This document shows, piece by piece, positions 17,805 through 27,681 of a stretch of 40,262 bases of DNA. Under the pieces are notes generated by a model. The model was given only the letters and a program-made list of their open reading frames with translations. It did not search any database and had not been told where the DNA came from. The stretch is from Candidatus Paceibacter sp. (lineage in GTDB: Bacteria; Patescibacteriota; Patescibacteriia; DYGC01). Where the stretch lies: contig DYGC01000003.1 in the NCBI GenBank assembly GCA_020724925.1, positions 1 to 40,262 of the forward strand. The letters are read 5' to 3'. Each line of letters begins with the position of its first letter. The first letter of the stretch is position 1. The translations under genes were made by a program, and so were the position numbers.

Positions 17805-19743
17805 TAATGTTGGAGATTTTTTTGAAAGTACCTCCTTGCAAATCCAGCTTAATCAAGAAAAATCTGGAGAATGGGTGGAGGAGTCTTATTTTACGCAAGA
17901 ATTAGATGGTGATGTTTTAGGGGTATCGGTTGATAAAAAGCGTTTGTGGTTTTTTGGAGTAATTATGATAATCGCGTTAACGTCATTATTAGGGAGAGCT
18001 TTTTATTTACAAATTATTAAAGGTGATGAATATAAGGTTTTATCTGATGAAAACCGAATTCGCAAGGAAGTGATTAAAACTAATCGTGGTTTGATTAAAG
18101 ATCGCAATTATTTACCGTTGGTGGAAAACAAACCTTATTTTAACGTTTTTATTATTCCTTCCAACTTAAGTGATGATCAGCAAAAGCGGACGGAATTTTT
18201 GCGCTCAATGGCCGGTTTATTGCGCATGGGCGAAACGGATATTCATCAAATTTTGGATAGTATTCCGGAAAGAGATAGCCAATATTATCGTCCGCAGTTG
18301 ATTAAAAGCGAGGTTTATTTGGAACAAATCTGGCCGATTTTGATTGCCGCCGAACAGTATCCGGCGATTTATGTTGAAGCTGATAGCTACCGTCATTATT
18401 TATTAGGAGAAAATAATTTATCTTTATCTCATATTTTAGGATACGAGGGAAAAATTAGTGCCGAGGAAATGCAAATGTACTCGGAAAAAAATTATTTATT
18501 AACGGATAAAATCGGTAAAAGTGGTGTGGAATTAATGTATGATGATTATTTGCGTGGACAACATGGTTTGAAGTATTGGGAAGTGGATGTGTTTTTACGT
18601 CCGCAAAAGATTTTATATGAACAAGATAAAGTGATCGGTGATGATTTGGTTTTAACCATTGATTTAAATTGGCAAACACAGTTGGAAAAAATTATCAAAA
18701 AACATTTGGCAATGAATGGTAAACGTAAAGGGGGGGCGATTGTCATGGATCCAAATAATGGAGAAATTTTAGCAATGGTTAGTTTGCCATCTTATGACAA
18801 CAACGATTTTGCTACCGGAATCAGTCAGGAGAAATATCAAAGTTTGGTTAATAATCCTGACAAACCTTTTTTGAATCGAATGTTGGCCGGAGAGTATCCG
18901 CCCGGATCAACTTTTAAATTGGTGGTGGGCGCGGCCGCCTTGCAAGAAGAAGTAGTGACGGCACGTGATACCTTTTTGAGTAGTGGCGGTATTAAAATTG
19001 ACCAGTGGTTTTTTCCAGATTGGCAGGCTGGTGGCCATGGGATTACTAATATTTATAAAGCCATCAGTGATTCGGTTAATACTTATTTTTATATGGTAGG
19101 GGGCGGTGATAAGAATTTTAAAGGTTTAGGTGTTTATCGTTTGGCTTTATATGCCGATAAATTTAATGTTGGTCGAAAATTGGGAATTGATTTGCCCGGT
19201 GAAAAAGGCGGTTTTATTCCCAGCCCGGAATGGAAATTAAGCACAAAAAACGAAGAGTGGTATATTGGTGATACTTATCATATGTCAATTGGACAGGGTG
19301 ATGTTTTGGTAACACCCTTGCAGGTGGCAGAATACACGGCCTTTTTTGCTAATGGCGGAAAATTATATACACCCCATGTATTAAAAGAAATTCATAATGA
19401 TATCACCAATGTTCATGAGGTTTTTGAGCAAGTGATAATTAGAGAAGGTATTATTTCCGATAATAATTTGGAAATAATGCGCCAAGCCCTGCGACGCACC
19501 GTAACAGACGGCAGTGGCCGCACTTTACAAGATTTGGGCGTGAGCGTGGCGGGCAAGACCGGAACAGCCCAATGGAATTTGGAAGAAGATCCGCATGCTT
19601 GGTTCACTTGTTTTGCACCTTATGAAAAGCCGGAAATCGTGGTGACGGTTTTCGTGGAAGAGGGCGAGGCCGGTGATAAAATCAGCGTCCAGATCGCCAA
19701 GGAGTTTTTAAGTTGGTGGGAACAAAATTATTATAAGAAATAA
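17785..19743 (+). CDS. mrdA: Penicillin-binding protein 2 (class B)
   Basis: TM segment, RGLIKDRN, IGKSGVE, YPPGSTFK (SxxK), SVN (SxN), GKTGTAQ (KTG). Confidence 0.95.
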   Translation: MKSSLPNNVGDFFESTSLQIQLNQEKSGEWVEESYFTQELDGDVLGVSVDKKRLWFFGVIMIIALTSLLGRAFYLQIIKGDEYKVLSDENRIRKEVIKTNRGLIKDRNYLPLVENKPYFNVFIIPSNLSDDQQKRTEFLRSMAGLLRMGETDIHQILDSIPERDSQYYRPQLIKSEVYLEQIWPILIAAEQYPAIYVEADSYRHYLLGENNLSLSHILGYEGKISAEEMQMYSEKNYLLTDKIGKSGVELMYDDYLRGQHGLKYWEVDVFLRPQKILYEQDKVIGDDLVLTIDLNWQTQLEKIIKKHLAMNGKRKGGAIVMDPNNGEILAMVSLPSYDNNDFATGISQEKYQSLVNNPDKPFLNRMLAGEYPPGSTFKLVVGAAALQEEVVTARDTFLSSGGIKIDQWFFPDWQAGGHGITNIYKAISDSVNTYFYMVGGGDKNFKGLGVYRLALYADKFNVGRKLGIDLPGEKGGFIPSPEWKLSTKNEEWYIGDTYHMSIGQGDVLVTPLQVAEYTAFFANGGKLYTPHVLKEIHNDITNVHEVFEQVIIREGIISDNNLEIMRQALRRTVTDGSGRTLQDLGVSVAGKTGTAQWNLEEDPHAWFTCFAPYEKPEIVVTVFVEEGEAGDKISVQIAKEFLSWWEQNYYKK

Positions 19744-19754
19744 GAATAATTCTT

Positions 19755-22700
19755 ATGTTCAGTGTTAAATTTAAAACAAAAAATAAGTCCAGAGGGCTTA
19801 TTTTTATTTTAGTGGTTTTTATCAGTACTTTATTTCAACCGTTAATTACTCAGGCTGTCGAGCTTTCCACCAAAGAAATTGCTACATTGACTACGGACTC
19901 AAAAATTTTGGAAAGTCCTGTTGCCAGTTCTTCCACCGAATTACGAAATGGCGAGTTCAATACTTTACAGCCGCATTTGATCAGTGGTGAGTGGCAAAAC
20001 CAATTTTTAATTGGGGAAAACGCCCCCAGCCCGGAAAGTGCCAAAGATAAAATGCAAACCGATTTATATTCCGGAGCGGCCACTTATAACTATGATTTTA
20101 ATTTCCCGGCTGGACGTAATGGTTTGGGACCGGCTTTATCTTTAGTTTATAATAGTCAGAATTTGCAAAACACCTCTGCCTTCGGTTATGGTTGGGACTT
20201 ATCAGGGTTACTCAGCATCCAACGCAACTTATCAGACGGGGTTGATGTTTTGTATTCAAATAAACGATTTGTTTTTTCCGGTGGCGGTGATTTGGTGCCG
20301 GTCGCTTTAACTGATGATGTTCATGGCGAATATTTATTAAACATTGATAATGGTGATTATTTAAGGTTTTTTTATTATCTCAACAATTCCTGGAAAATCG
20401 TTGATAAACAAGGAATTAGTTATTTTTTGGGGGCCAGTGCTGATAGTAAGGAGTCAGGAACTTCCGGGGTAGCCATTTGGAAAATCAATAAAATTCAGGA
20501 TAAAAGTGGTAATTTTGTGGTTTTCACTTATGATAATCAAAATGGTGTCGCTTGGCCCAGTAAGATTACTTATACTCACTATGCTACAGAAACGCCATTG
20601 TATGAAATTCGTTTTTCCTATGCCAGTCGGAATAATTATCAGGAACATTACCGTTTGGGTTTTAAACAATTATTTGACCGTAAAATCAAAAATATTCAGT
20701 TGTTCGTGGGGGGCGTGATGCATCGTGATTTTCAATTTGTTTTGCAGGAAGAAGCCTCAACCTTATTATTAACTTCGATTGGTAGACGAGCTTTTAATTC
20801 TGTTAACTCGACTTGGGAAAGTTTAATTCCGACTACTTTTGAGTATAATTTACCGGTCGCTAATAATTGGCAAATGCAAAATTACGGACAAGTAGATTTT
20901 TCTTTGGATTATTATAATGGTTTAGAGGTTTTTGACTTAAACAGTGATGGTTATGATGACGTGGCGATTGCCAATGATTTTGTTTATGATTCAGGCACAA
21001 TCCAGAATGAAAGAAAAAGTTTTTTAAATAACAAAAGCAATGGTTTTTCTGCCAACAACAGTGCCTGGTATTTACCCGTACCCTTATTTAATAAGCGACA
21101 AAATGATTATAGCTTTTTTACTGATTATCATGTTTTTGATTTGAATGGTGATTCCTATCCGGACGTAGCAAAAAACAATAGTGTTTATTTATTTAATAAA
21201 AATACCCAACGTTGGGACGTTAATAGTAATTATCATTGGTTTGACTATTGGCTTTATGATAATAATGTGGCGATTGAAACCGCTGGCAATCAAGATTTTA
21301 ATGGGGATGGTTTGCCGGATTATATCCATTTTTTGAACAAACGTGTTTATTTGAACAAATGGGCCAGTAATCAAAATAATTTAATTTATGGTTGGACCAG
21401 TTTACCGGTAACTATTTTACAAAGTGATTATCGCAATAAAGGATGGAAATTGATGGATATAAATGGCGATGGTTTGGGGGATATGATTAAGGCGCAAGAA
21501 ACCACTTACAATAATAGTGGTGAAAAAGGAGTTTACGTTAATAAAGGCGATGGGCAATGGTTGCCGGAGATGACGCGGTGGTTGTCACCATTATATTTTT
21601 GTCGACAAAGTACCTTGTTAGGTAATTGTTTGGATCAGAAGGTTTTGATTTTGGATATTAACAATGATGGTCTAGGTGATTTCTTGGATTCAACCGGTAA
21701 TTTTTATATTAATAATGGTCATACTTGGGTTTGGGATACGCGTTGGACATTACCGATTTCCTTGGTGGCCAATAATCAGTGGACGACTTTTCGTTTTGCT
21801 GAAGTTAACGGCGTTCCTGGCGTTGATTTGTTAAAGAGTGATGGTCCCTTAAGTAATAATTTATACTCTTTAAATGTTTATCGTAATCCCAGTCCCCATA
21901 TTTATTTATTAAATAAAGTTAAAAACGAAAATTACGGAGAAATTAATATTGAATATGAAGGATCTGCCAAGTTTAATAATAATCAAGGACCAAGTTTTAG
22001 TGTGGTAAAACGAGTCAGTGTTAATGATGGTTTTGGGCAAACACAGGTTGAGGATTATTCTTACGAAGGATCTTTTTATTACTTTGACACTATCTGGCAA
22101 CGTTGGCGAAGTGGTTTTGGTAAAATTGAAAAAAGCCTGGCGGGCAATCGTCAAGAAAAATACTATTTTCATCAGGGAAACGGCGATAATTATCCTTTTG
22201 AAATAAATGATCAACCGCAAAAAAGAGGAAAGTTATATTATTGGGAGGTTTGGGATAATAATACTCCCTTGCGAGCTAATTTGAATGTTTGGCAAGCCAC
22301 TGAAGGACCACTTAAGCATTATTTGCTTTTATCGGTTAAAGATTTTATTTTCTATTTTGATAATTCTTATCCTAATCCTAGTAGCATTATTTTGTTAAGT
22401 AAAACCTATAATTCTCTAACTGGAAATTTAACCCAAAGTGTTGATTGGGGGGCTGTGACTTATCAAAATCGCCATGAATTTACTGATTTGCGTCCGGATG
22501 ATAATCGTTTTGAGTATTTCACTTACGCTCTCGATAAGAGTAATGAACTGCGAGCGGCAGTGAGTAGCCGAAAAGTGATGAATAGTAGTAATCAAATTTT
22601 ATTACAAGAAAATTTCGAATATGACAATTTGGTTTTTGGACAAGTTTCTAAAGGATTACTTAGTAAGCACTCCCTATTAAATAGTAATAATATCTGGATT

Positions 22701-25700
22701 ACCGAATCTTTTTCTTATAATGCTTATGGCTTAAATAGCAAATTTACCGATTATAATGGTAACGTCCATACTTATTTGTATGATAGCTATAATTATTTTC
22801 CGGCCAAAATTACCAATCCTCTGGGGCATATTCAAGAAAATAAATATAATTATAATTGTGGGATTTTAAGTGAGCAGAAATTGGCCAATGGGGGAATAGA
22901 ATTTGATCTTTATGATGGTTTTTGTCGTTTAAAGCAAAAAGGCCGTAAATATTCTAACCAAACGGAAATAATTCAGGAATTGGTTTATGATCAAAATTTT
23001 CCGATGTCTGTTTATCAAAAAGATTATTTATCTGCTGGCGTTTATGGTGAAAGCAGGACTTATTATGATGGACTGGGAAGAACAATCTTAAAATTTAAAA
23101 AGCAAGATCAAAATTTATGGTCCGGAATTGCTTTTCAGTATAATGATCGTGGTTATTTGTTTAAACAATCACTGCCTTTTGCCAGTGGCCAGGGACTTTG
23201 GCCTGCGGGCAGTGTTAGCGGTTGGGAAGTTTATAATTATGACGCCTTAAATCGTTTGGTCAGCTGGAGTAATGAACAAGAAAATGTTTCAATTGCGTAT
23301 AGTTCTTTTGATAAACGTTCTTTGTATTTAAATGGACAATTGTGGGGAAATTATCAGTTTGATACCCGTAATAATTTAGTAAAAATAACTTTAAATAATG
23401 GTCAATTATTTCAGTACGATTATGATTTATTGGGGCGTTTGTTAAAAATGACCGATTCTAAAAATAATATTCGTCGTTTTACTTATGATTTGTTAGGTCA
23501 GCCTTTAATTCAGGAGGATTGGCACCAAAATAATGATGTTAATTTTGGTATCTGGAGGTATAAATGGGATGCCAATGGAAATTTATTAGAGAAAACCGAG
23601 CCCAGTGGAATTAAAATATTATATCAATATGATCGTTTAAATCGTTTGATTCAAGAGGATGATTTGGGCACGATTAATTTGGATTATCAGTATTTATATG
23701 ATGGTTCCACCTTTGGTATTGGCAATTTAACCGGTATTAAGAATCGAGATTTTTCCATTGATTATACTTATGATTGGCGTTCATTTCTAATTGGTGAAAG
23801 TTATGCCATTAGTAATTTTTTATACACATATAATTATGCTCGTAATTATCTTGGTCAGCCAACCGTGATAATTTACCCTGATAAAAGCAGTTTGGAGTAT
23901 GCTTATAATAATCAAGGATCTTTACTAAAAGCTAATTATATTAACGATAATGTCAGTAAACCGATTATTAAAAATCGTACTTATAATCAATTTGGAGCAG
24001 TGGATTCAGAAGCCTTGGGCAATGAAAGCGTTCGTCAGTTTGAATATGATAAATATGGAACTATAACGTCCGAAAGCGTGGAAAAGAACAATCAAGTTTT
24101 ATGGAAACAAGATTATACTTATGATCAATTTAAGAATTTACAATCATTGAGAATTTCCGGTGCTTTTTTGCCGACTTATCAATCTTTATTTACTTATGAT
24201 AGCAGTAATCGTCTGCGTTCTTATAATGTTTATAATAGCCAAAACCAAAGTGTTGCTAATGGAACATTTACTTACAATGATTTAAACGCATTGGTCACGG
24301 GTGATCAAAAGAATTATCAATACGAAGCAAATTTAGCCAGTTATACTAATCAATACGCTCCAATCGCCAATACCGGAGCGGGAAAAAATTGGCAAGGGGA
24401 ATATGATTTGTCCGGTAATTTGAGCAAATTGGGCCCTTATGAATTATTTTGGGATGCCAATCACCGCTTACGTGTTTTAAATTATGATAATGGTCAAAAA
24501 ACTAAGTATTATTATTATTTACCGGATGGCCAGCGTTTTATGACCCTTCGTGATAATGGCACAAAGCAAATTTGGGTTAATAATTATTACAAAGATGACG
24601 CTTTAGACATGGAAGAATTTATTTATGGACCATTGTGGCGTCAAAAAATCAATGATGATGAGTTTTTCTATTATCAATATTACGACAAATTCAATAATTT
24701 ATCTTTGGTTTTAGATGAAAATGCTAATTTGGAAAATTATTTTATTTATAAACCGAACGGCGAAATTATTGTACAAGCACAACAACAGGATTCAGGACAT
24801 TTTTATCACCAACAATGGCGTGACGCACAGGAAGAAAATTTAGATTACAAGGGGTCTCGTTATTATTCTGTTGATTGGCAACATTATTTGTCACCGGATC
24901 CGGTACACTATGATTTTTCATTGTTATCGTGGGAGGAGCAACAGCAAGTCTTGGTTAATCCGATTCGCTTGAATCCTTATATTTATTTAGCCCATAATCC
25001 TTACCAAAACGATGATAGTACCAATGCCATTTGGGAAACCGCTTTTGACTTAGTGTCTTTTGCTTTTAGTATTAAGGAATTTATGAATAATCCAACGTGG
25101 TTGAATGGTTTAGCGGCCACTTGGGATTTAGCGTCGGTTTTGGTGCCATTTGTGCCGGCGGTGGGTCAGGGTTTGAATAAACTAACACAAGCGATGTTGA
25201 CCAAGTGGTCTAATTTGAGTGCTAAATATCAAAATGAAATTAAAAAGACTGCCCAATATTTAAATAAAAAAGCTTCAGATGTCTGGCGCTTGATGCAAAA
25301 ACAACTGGGAAAAATTGATTCAAAAATGGGGAGAATTATTAATAAATATTGGCGTAAAGGGAAATTTGCTAGCTCGGAAATTAATTTTGTTGAACATTAT
25401 GTTAAACATCGTGGGGAGTTAGGGAAGTTTAATATCAATTCCATGGAAGATTATTTGAATTTTTCATCTAATTTTATCAATGTCACCGGAGATAAAATTA
25501 TTACTGAGTGGGGGCAATTCTATCGATTGGTTGATAACCAGGGGGCTAATTTATTCTTTAATCCACACAATAAATTAATGGTAGTGCTTGATTCTGATGC
25601 TAAAGGGCAGTTTATTCGTAGTGCTTATGAGGTGGAAGCTGGTAATAAATTAAATTGGTTGATGGGGTCGGTTTTGGGAAGAGCAATTTATTGGTTGTTT

Positions 25701-25772
25701 AATAGTTTTTCAGTGGTGACGCAACGTCTGTGGCATTTGCCCCTACTGTCAAAATTTGCTATAATACAATAG
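19755..25772 (+). CDS. Secreted SpvB/FG-GAP/TcdB-mid/RHS(YD)-repeat protein with C-terminal toxin-like domain
   Basis: Signal peptide (...LITQA/VE); SpvB-like SGAATYNYDFNFPAGRNGLGPALSLVYNS...FGYGWDL; five DxNxDG repeats; YD repeats (YDGLGR, YDALNRL, YDLLGRL); RHS-core-like SRYYS...SPDP...NPYIY..HNP. Confidence 0.88.
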   Translation: MFSVKFKTKNKSRGLIFILVVFISTLFQPLITQAVELSTKEIATLTTDSKILESPVASSSTELRNGEFNTLQPHLISGEWQNQFLIGENAPSPESAKDKMQTDLYSGAATYNYDFNFPAGRNGLGPALSLVYNSQNLQNTSAFGYGWDLSGLLSIQRNLSDGVDVLYSNKRFVFSGGGDLVPVALTDDVHGEYLLNIDNGDYLRFFYYLNNSWKIVDKQGISYFLGASADSKESGTSGVAIWKINKIQDKSGNFVVFTYDNQNGVAWPSKITYTHYATETPLYEIRFSYASRNNYQEHYRLGFKQLFDRKIKNIQLFVGGVMHRDFQFVLQEEASTLLLTSIGRRAFNSVNSTWESLIPTTFEYNLPVANNWQMQNYGQVDFSLDYYNGLEVFDLNSDGYDDVAIANDFVYDSGTIQNERKSFLNNKSNGFSANNSAWYLPVPLFNKRQNDYSFFTDYHVFDLNGDSYPDVAKNNSVYLFNKNTQRWDVNSNYHWFDYWLYDNNVAIETAGNQDFNGDGLPDYIHFLNKRVYLNKWASNQNNLIYGWTSLPVTILQSDYRNKGWKLMDINGDGLGDMIKAQETTYNNSGEKGVYVNKGDGQWLPEMTRWLSPLYFCRQSTLLGNCLDQKVLILDINNDGLGDFLDSTGNFYINNGHTWVWDTRWTLPISLVANNQWTTFRFAEVNGVPGVDLLKSDGPLSNNLYSLNVYRNPSPHIYLLNKVKNENYGEINIEYEGSAKFNNNQGPSFSVVKRVSVNDGFGQTQVEDYSYEGSFYYFDTIWQRWRSGFGKIEKSLAGNRQEKYYFHQGNGDNYPFEINDQPQKRGKLYYWEVWDNNTPLRANLNVWQATEGPLKHYLLLSVKDFIFYFDNSYPNPSSIILLSKTYNSLTGNLTQSVDWGAVTYQNRHEFTDLRPDDNRFEYFTYALDKSNELRAAVSSRKVMNSSNQILLQENFEYDNLVFGQVSKGLLSKHSLLNSNNIWITESFSYNAYGLNSKFTDYNGNVHTYLYDSYNYFPAKITNPLGHIQENKYNYNCGILSEQKLANGGIEFDLYDGFCRLKQKGRKYSNQTEIIQELVYDQNFPMSVYQKDYLSAGVYGESRTYYDGLGRTILKFKKQDQNLWSGIAFQYNDRGYLFKQSLPFASGQGLWPAGSVSGWEVYNYDALNRLVSWSNEQENVSIAYSSFDKRSLYLNGQLWGNYQFDTRNNLVKITLNNGQLFQYDYDLLGRLLKMTDSKNNIRRFTYDLLGQPLIQEDWHQNNDVNFGIWRYKWDANGNLLEKTEPSGIKILYQYDRLNRLIQEDDLGTINLDYQYLYDGSTFGIGNLTGIKNRDFSIDYTYDWRSFLIGESYAISNFLYTYNYARNYLGQPTVIIYPDKSSLEYAYNNQGSLLKANYINDNVSKPIIKNRTYNQFGAVDSEALGNESVRQFEYDKYGTITSESVEKNNQVLWKQDYTYDQFKNLQSLRISGAFLPTYQSLFTYDSSNRLRSYNVYNSQNQSVANGTFTYNDLNALVTGDQKNYQYEANLASYTNQYAPIANTGAGKNWQGEYDLSGNLSKLGPYELFWDANHRLRVLNYDNGQKTKYYYYLPDGQRFMTLRDNGTKQIWVNNYYKDDALDMEEFIYGPLWRQKINDDEFFYYQYYDKFNNLSLVLDENANLENYFIYKPNGEIIVQAQQQDSGHFYHQQWRDAQEENLDYKGSRYYSVDWQHYLSPDPVHYDFSLLSWEEQQQVLVNPIRLNPYIYLAHNPYQNDDSTNAIWETAFDLVSFAFSIKEFMNNPTWLNGLAATWDLASVLVPFVPAVGQGLNKLTQAMLTKWSNLSAKYQNEIKKTAQYLNKKASDVWRLMQKQLGKIDSKMGRIINKYWRKGKFASSEINFVEHYVKHRGELGKFNINSMEDYLNFSSNFINVTGDKIITEWGQFYRLVDNQGANLFFNPHNKLMVVLDSDAKGQFIRSAYEVEAGNKLNWLMGSVLGRAIYWLFNSFSVVTQRLWHLPLLSKFAIIQ
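25737..25765 (+). promoter_or_regulatory. Putative promoter for the M23 peptidase gene, inside the 3' end of the RHS ORF
   Basis: TTGCCC-17 bp-TATAAT with extended -10 (TGcTATAAT). Confidence 0.6.
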
Positions 25773-25814
25773 GAATTTGTTTGAGTGAGGTTTAAAACAA
25801 AAAAGTAAAACGAA

Positions 25815-27083
25815 ATGAGACAAATTTTAAAAAAGGCAGGAAAATTGTTGATTATTTTGTCGTTAGGCATGGCTTTGGTCTTGCCATTTTGGCATTTTGC
25901 CAGTGCCGATTTAAGTACTGATATCAAAAAATTGGAGAGTAGTATTGATGAAAAAGCCAAGAAAATTGATCAATTAGAAGCAGAGCGTAAAAAATACGAG
26001 GCTTTGGTGCGTAGCAAACAACAAGAAGCCGTTAGTTTGGGAAATGAAATGTCAATTTTGGAAAGCAAGATTGCACAGACTCAAGTATCTTTAGAAAAAT
26101 TAAAATTGGAAATTGAAAAATTGGAAGAAGAAATTGCTTTTTTGGAATTAACTATTAAGCAAAAAGAAGAAGATATTAATCGTCAAAAGACATATTTAGG
26201 CGGTTTATTAAAAGAAATTAATTTTCAGGATGAATTAACTGATGTCAATATTTTGTTGTGGTACGAGAATTTTTCCGATTATTTTGAACATGTTAGTTCT
26301 TATCAATCTTTACATGAGGATTTACAATTAACCATTGATTCAATTTATTTGGAAAAAACTCAATTGGAAAGTGAAAAAGCCGATTTAGAAAGTAAAAATA
26401 AAGCCCTGAGTGATCAAAAAATTGCGTTAGAGCATGAGGAAAGTAAATTAGAGGAAGAATTGTTAGTAAAAGAATTTTACTTGGAAGAAATTAAAAATTC
26501 GGAAGAAAAATTTAATCAGTTATTGAGAACCGCACGTGACAATGAAAATAGCATGGATAGTGAGTTGAAGTCCTTGGAAAACTCTTTGCGTGCCAAGTTA
26601 AAAGAAAAACAAGAAGCCGATAATAAGAAAACTAGCGAACAAAAAGATCAGGGCTTAGAATTTTTGAATCAGTCAGCGATTTTGCGTTGGCCGTGCACTC
26701 CCAATAAAGGTGTTTCTTCTTATTTTCATGATAAAGATTATCCTTATCGACGTTTCTTTGAACATTCCGGTATTGATATTCGTTTGTCGCAAAGCTCACC
26801 GGTTTATGCAGCGGAAAGTGGTTATGTTGCCAAAGCTAAAGACAATGGTTTGGGGTATAATTATATTATGGTGATTCATGGTGATAATATTTCTACGGTC
26901 TATGGTCATGTTAGTCGGATTGACGTGATTGCCGGCCAATATGTAAAGAAAGGCGACCAAATTGGTTTGAGTGGTGGGGCGCCGGGGACGCCTGGGGCCG
27001 GACAATTTTCCACCGGTGCACATTTGCACTTTGAAGTTCGTTTAAATGGTATTCCGGTTGACCCATTGATTTATTTACCATAA
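25815..27083 (+). CDS. Coiled-coil M23-family peptidoglycan DD-endopeptidase
   Basis: Signal peptide, long heptad coiled coil, HSGID (HxxxD) and HLHFEVR (HxH), PVDP. Confidence 0.92.
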   Translation: MRQILKKAGKLLIILSLGMALVLPFWHFASADLSTDIKKLESSIDEKAKKIDQLEAERKKYEALVRSKQQEAVSLGNEMSILESKIAQTQVSLEKLKLEIEKLEEEIAFLELTIKQKEEDINRQKTYLGGLLKEINFQDELTDVNILLWYENFSDYFEHVSSYQSLHEDLQLTIDSIYLEKTQLESEKADLESKNKALSDQKIALEHEESKLEEELLVKEFYLEEIKNSEEKFNQLLRTARDNENSMDSELKSLENSLRAKLKEKQEADNKKTSEQKDQGLEFLNQSAILRWPCTPNKGVSSYFHDKDYPYRRFFEHSGIDIRLSQSSPVYAAESGYVAKAKDNGLGYNYIMVIHGDNISTVYGHVSRIDVIAGQYVKKGDQIGLSGGAPGTPGAGQFSTGAHLHFEVRLNGIPVDPLIYLP

Positions 27084-27090
27084 GTTTAAT

Positions 27091-27681
27091 ATGAAAAATC
27101 TCTATAAATATTTAATACTTTTGAGCTTTTGTTTATTAGTTTTGATTTTGTTGTTGTGGCAAATTTGGGGACGTGGTGAGAGCGTGGCTATTAACCCTTT
27201 ACCTTTGCCGTTTGTCGAAAAACCTCAAGAAACAGTAGTTGAAGAGCCGATTTCCTGTGAAATTGATGATGATTGTCGCGTGGACGAAGCGGTGGTCCAT
27301 TGTCCGGCTGAGGCGCGTTGCGTGGAAAATTTTTGTCAGGTTTATTGTGTCTATGATGATGTCAGTGATTTGGAACCGTTTAGTGTTTCCGAATGTAAAG
27401 AAGATGTTAATCCTTTAGATGTACGTCCTGAGGAATATCAAACAAAATGGTTAAATGCCACAGATTTAAAGATTAGCTTTGATATTGTTTTGGCTTGCAA
27501 CATCGATAATTTGAGCGGTTCCTATGAATTGGATGATCACAATAAAATCACTTTAAATTATGAATATCAGGTTAAAGAAGCGGCTGGTCCGTGCTTGTGC
27601 GTCCGCCAGTTAAAATATCGTCTGCCAAACCTGGACGATAAAATGACTTATGAAATAAAAATAAATAAAATTGAAAAATAA
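27091..27681 (+). CDS. Membrane-anchored Cys-rich hypothetical protein
   Basis: N-terminal TM segment; CEIDDDC...CPAEARCVENFC...C module; later C...C...PCLC. Confidence 0.75.
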   Translation: MKNLYKYLILLSFCLLVLILLLWQIWGRGESVAINPLPLPFVEKPQETVVEEPISCEIDDDCRVDEAVVHCPAEARCVENFCQVYCVYDDVSDLEPFSVSECKEDVNPLDVRPEEYQTKWLNATDLKISFDIVLACNIDNLSGSYELDDHNKITLNYEYQVKEAAGPCLCVRQLKYRLPNLDDKMTYEIKINKIEK

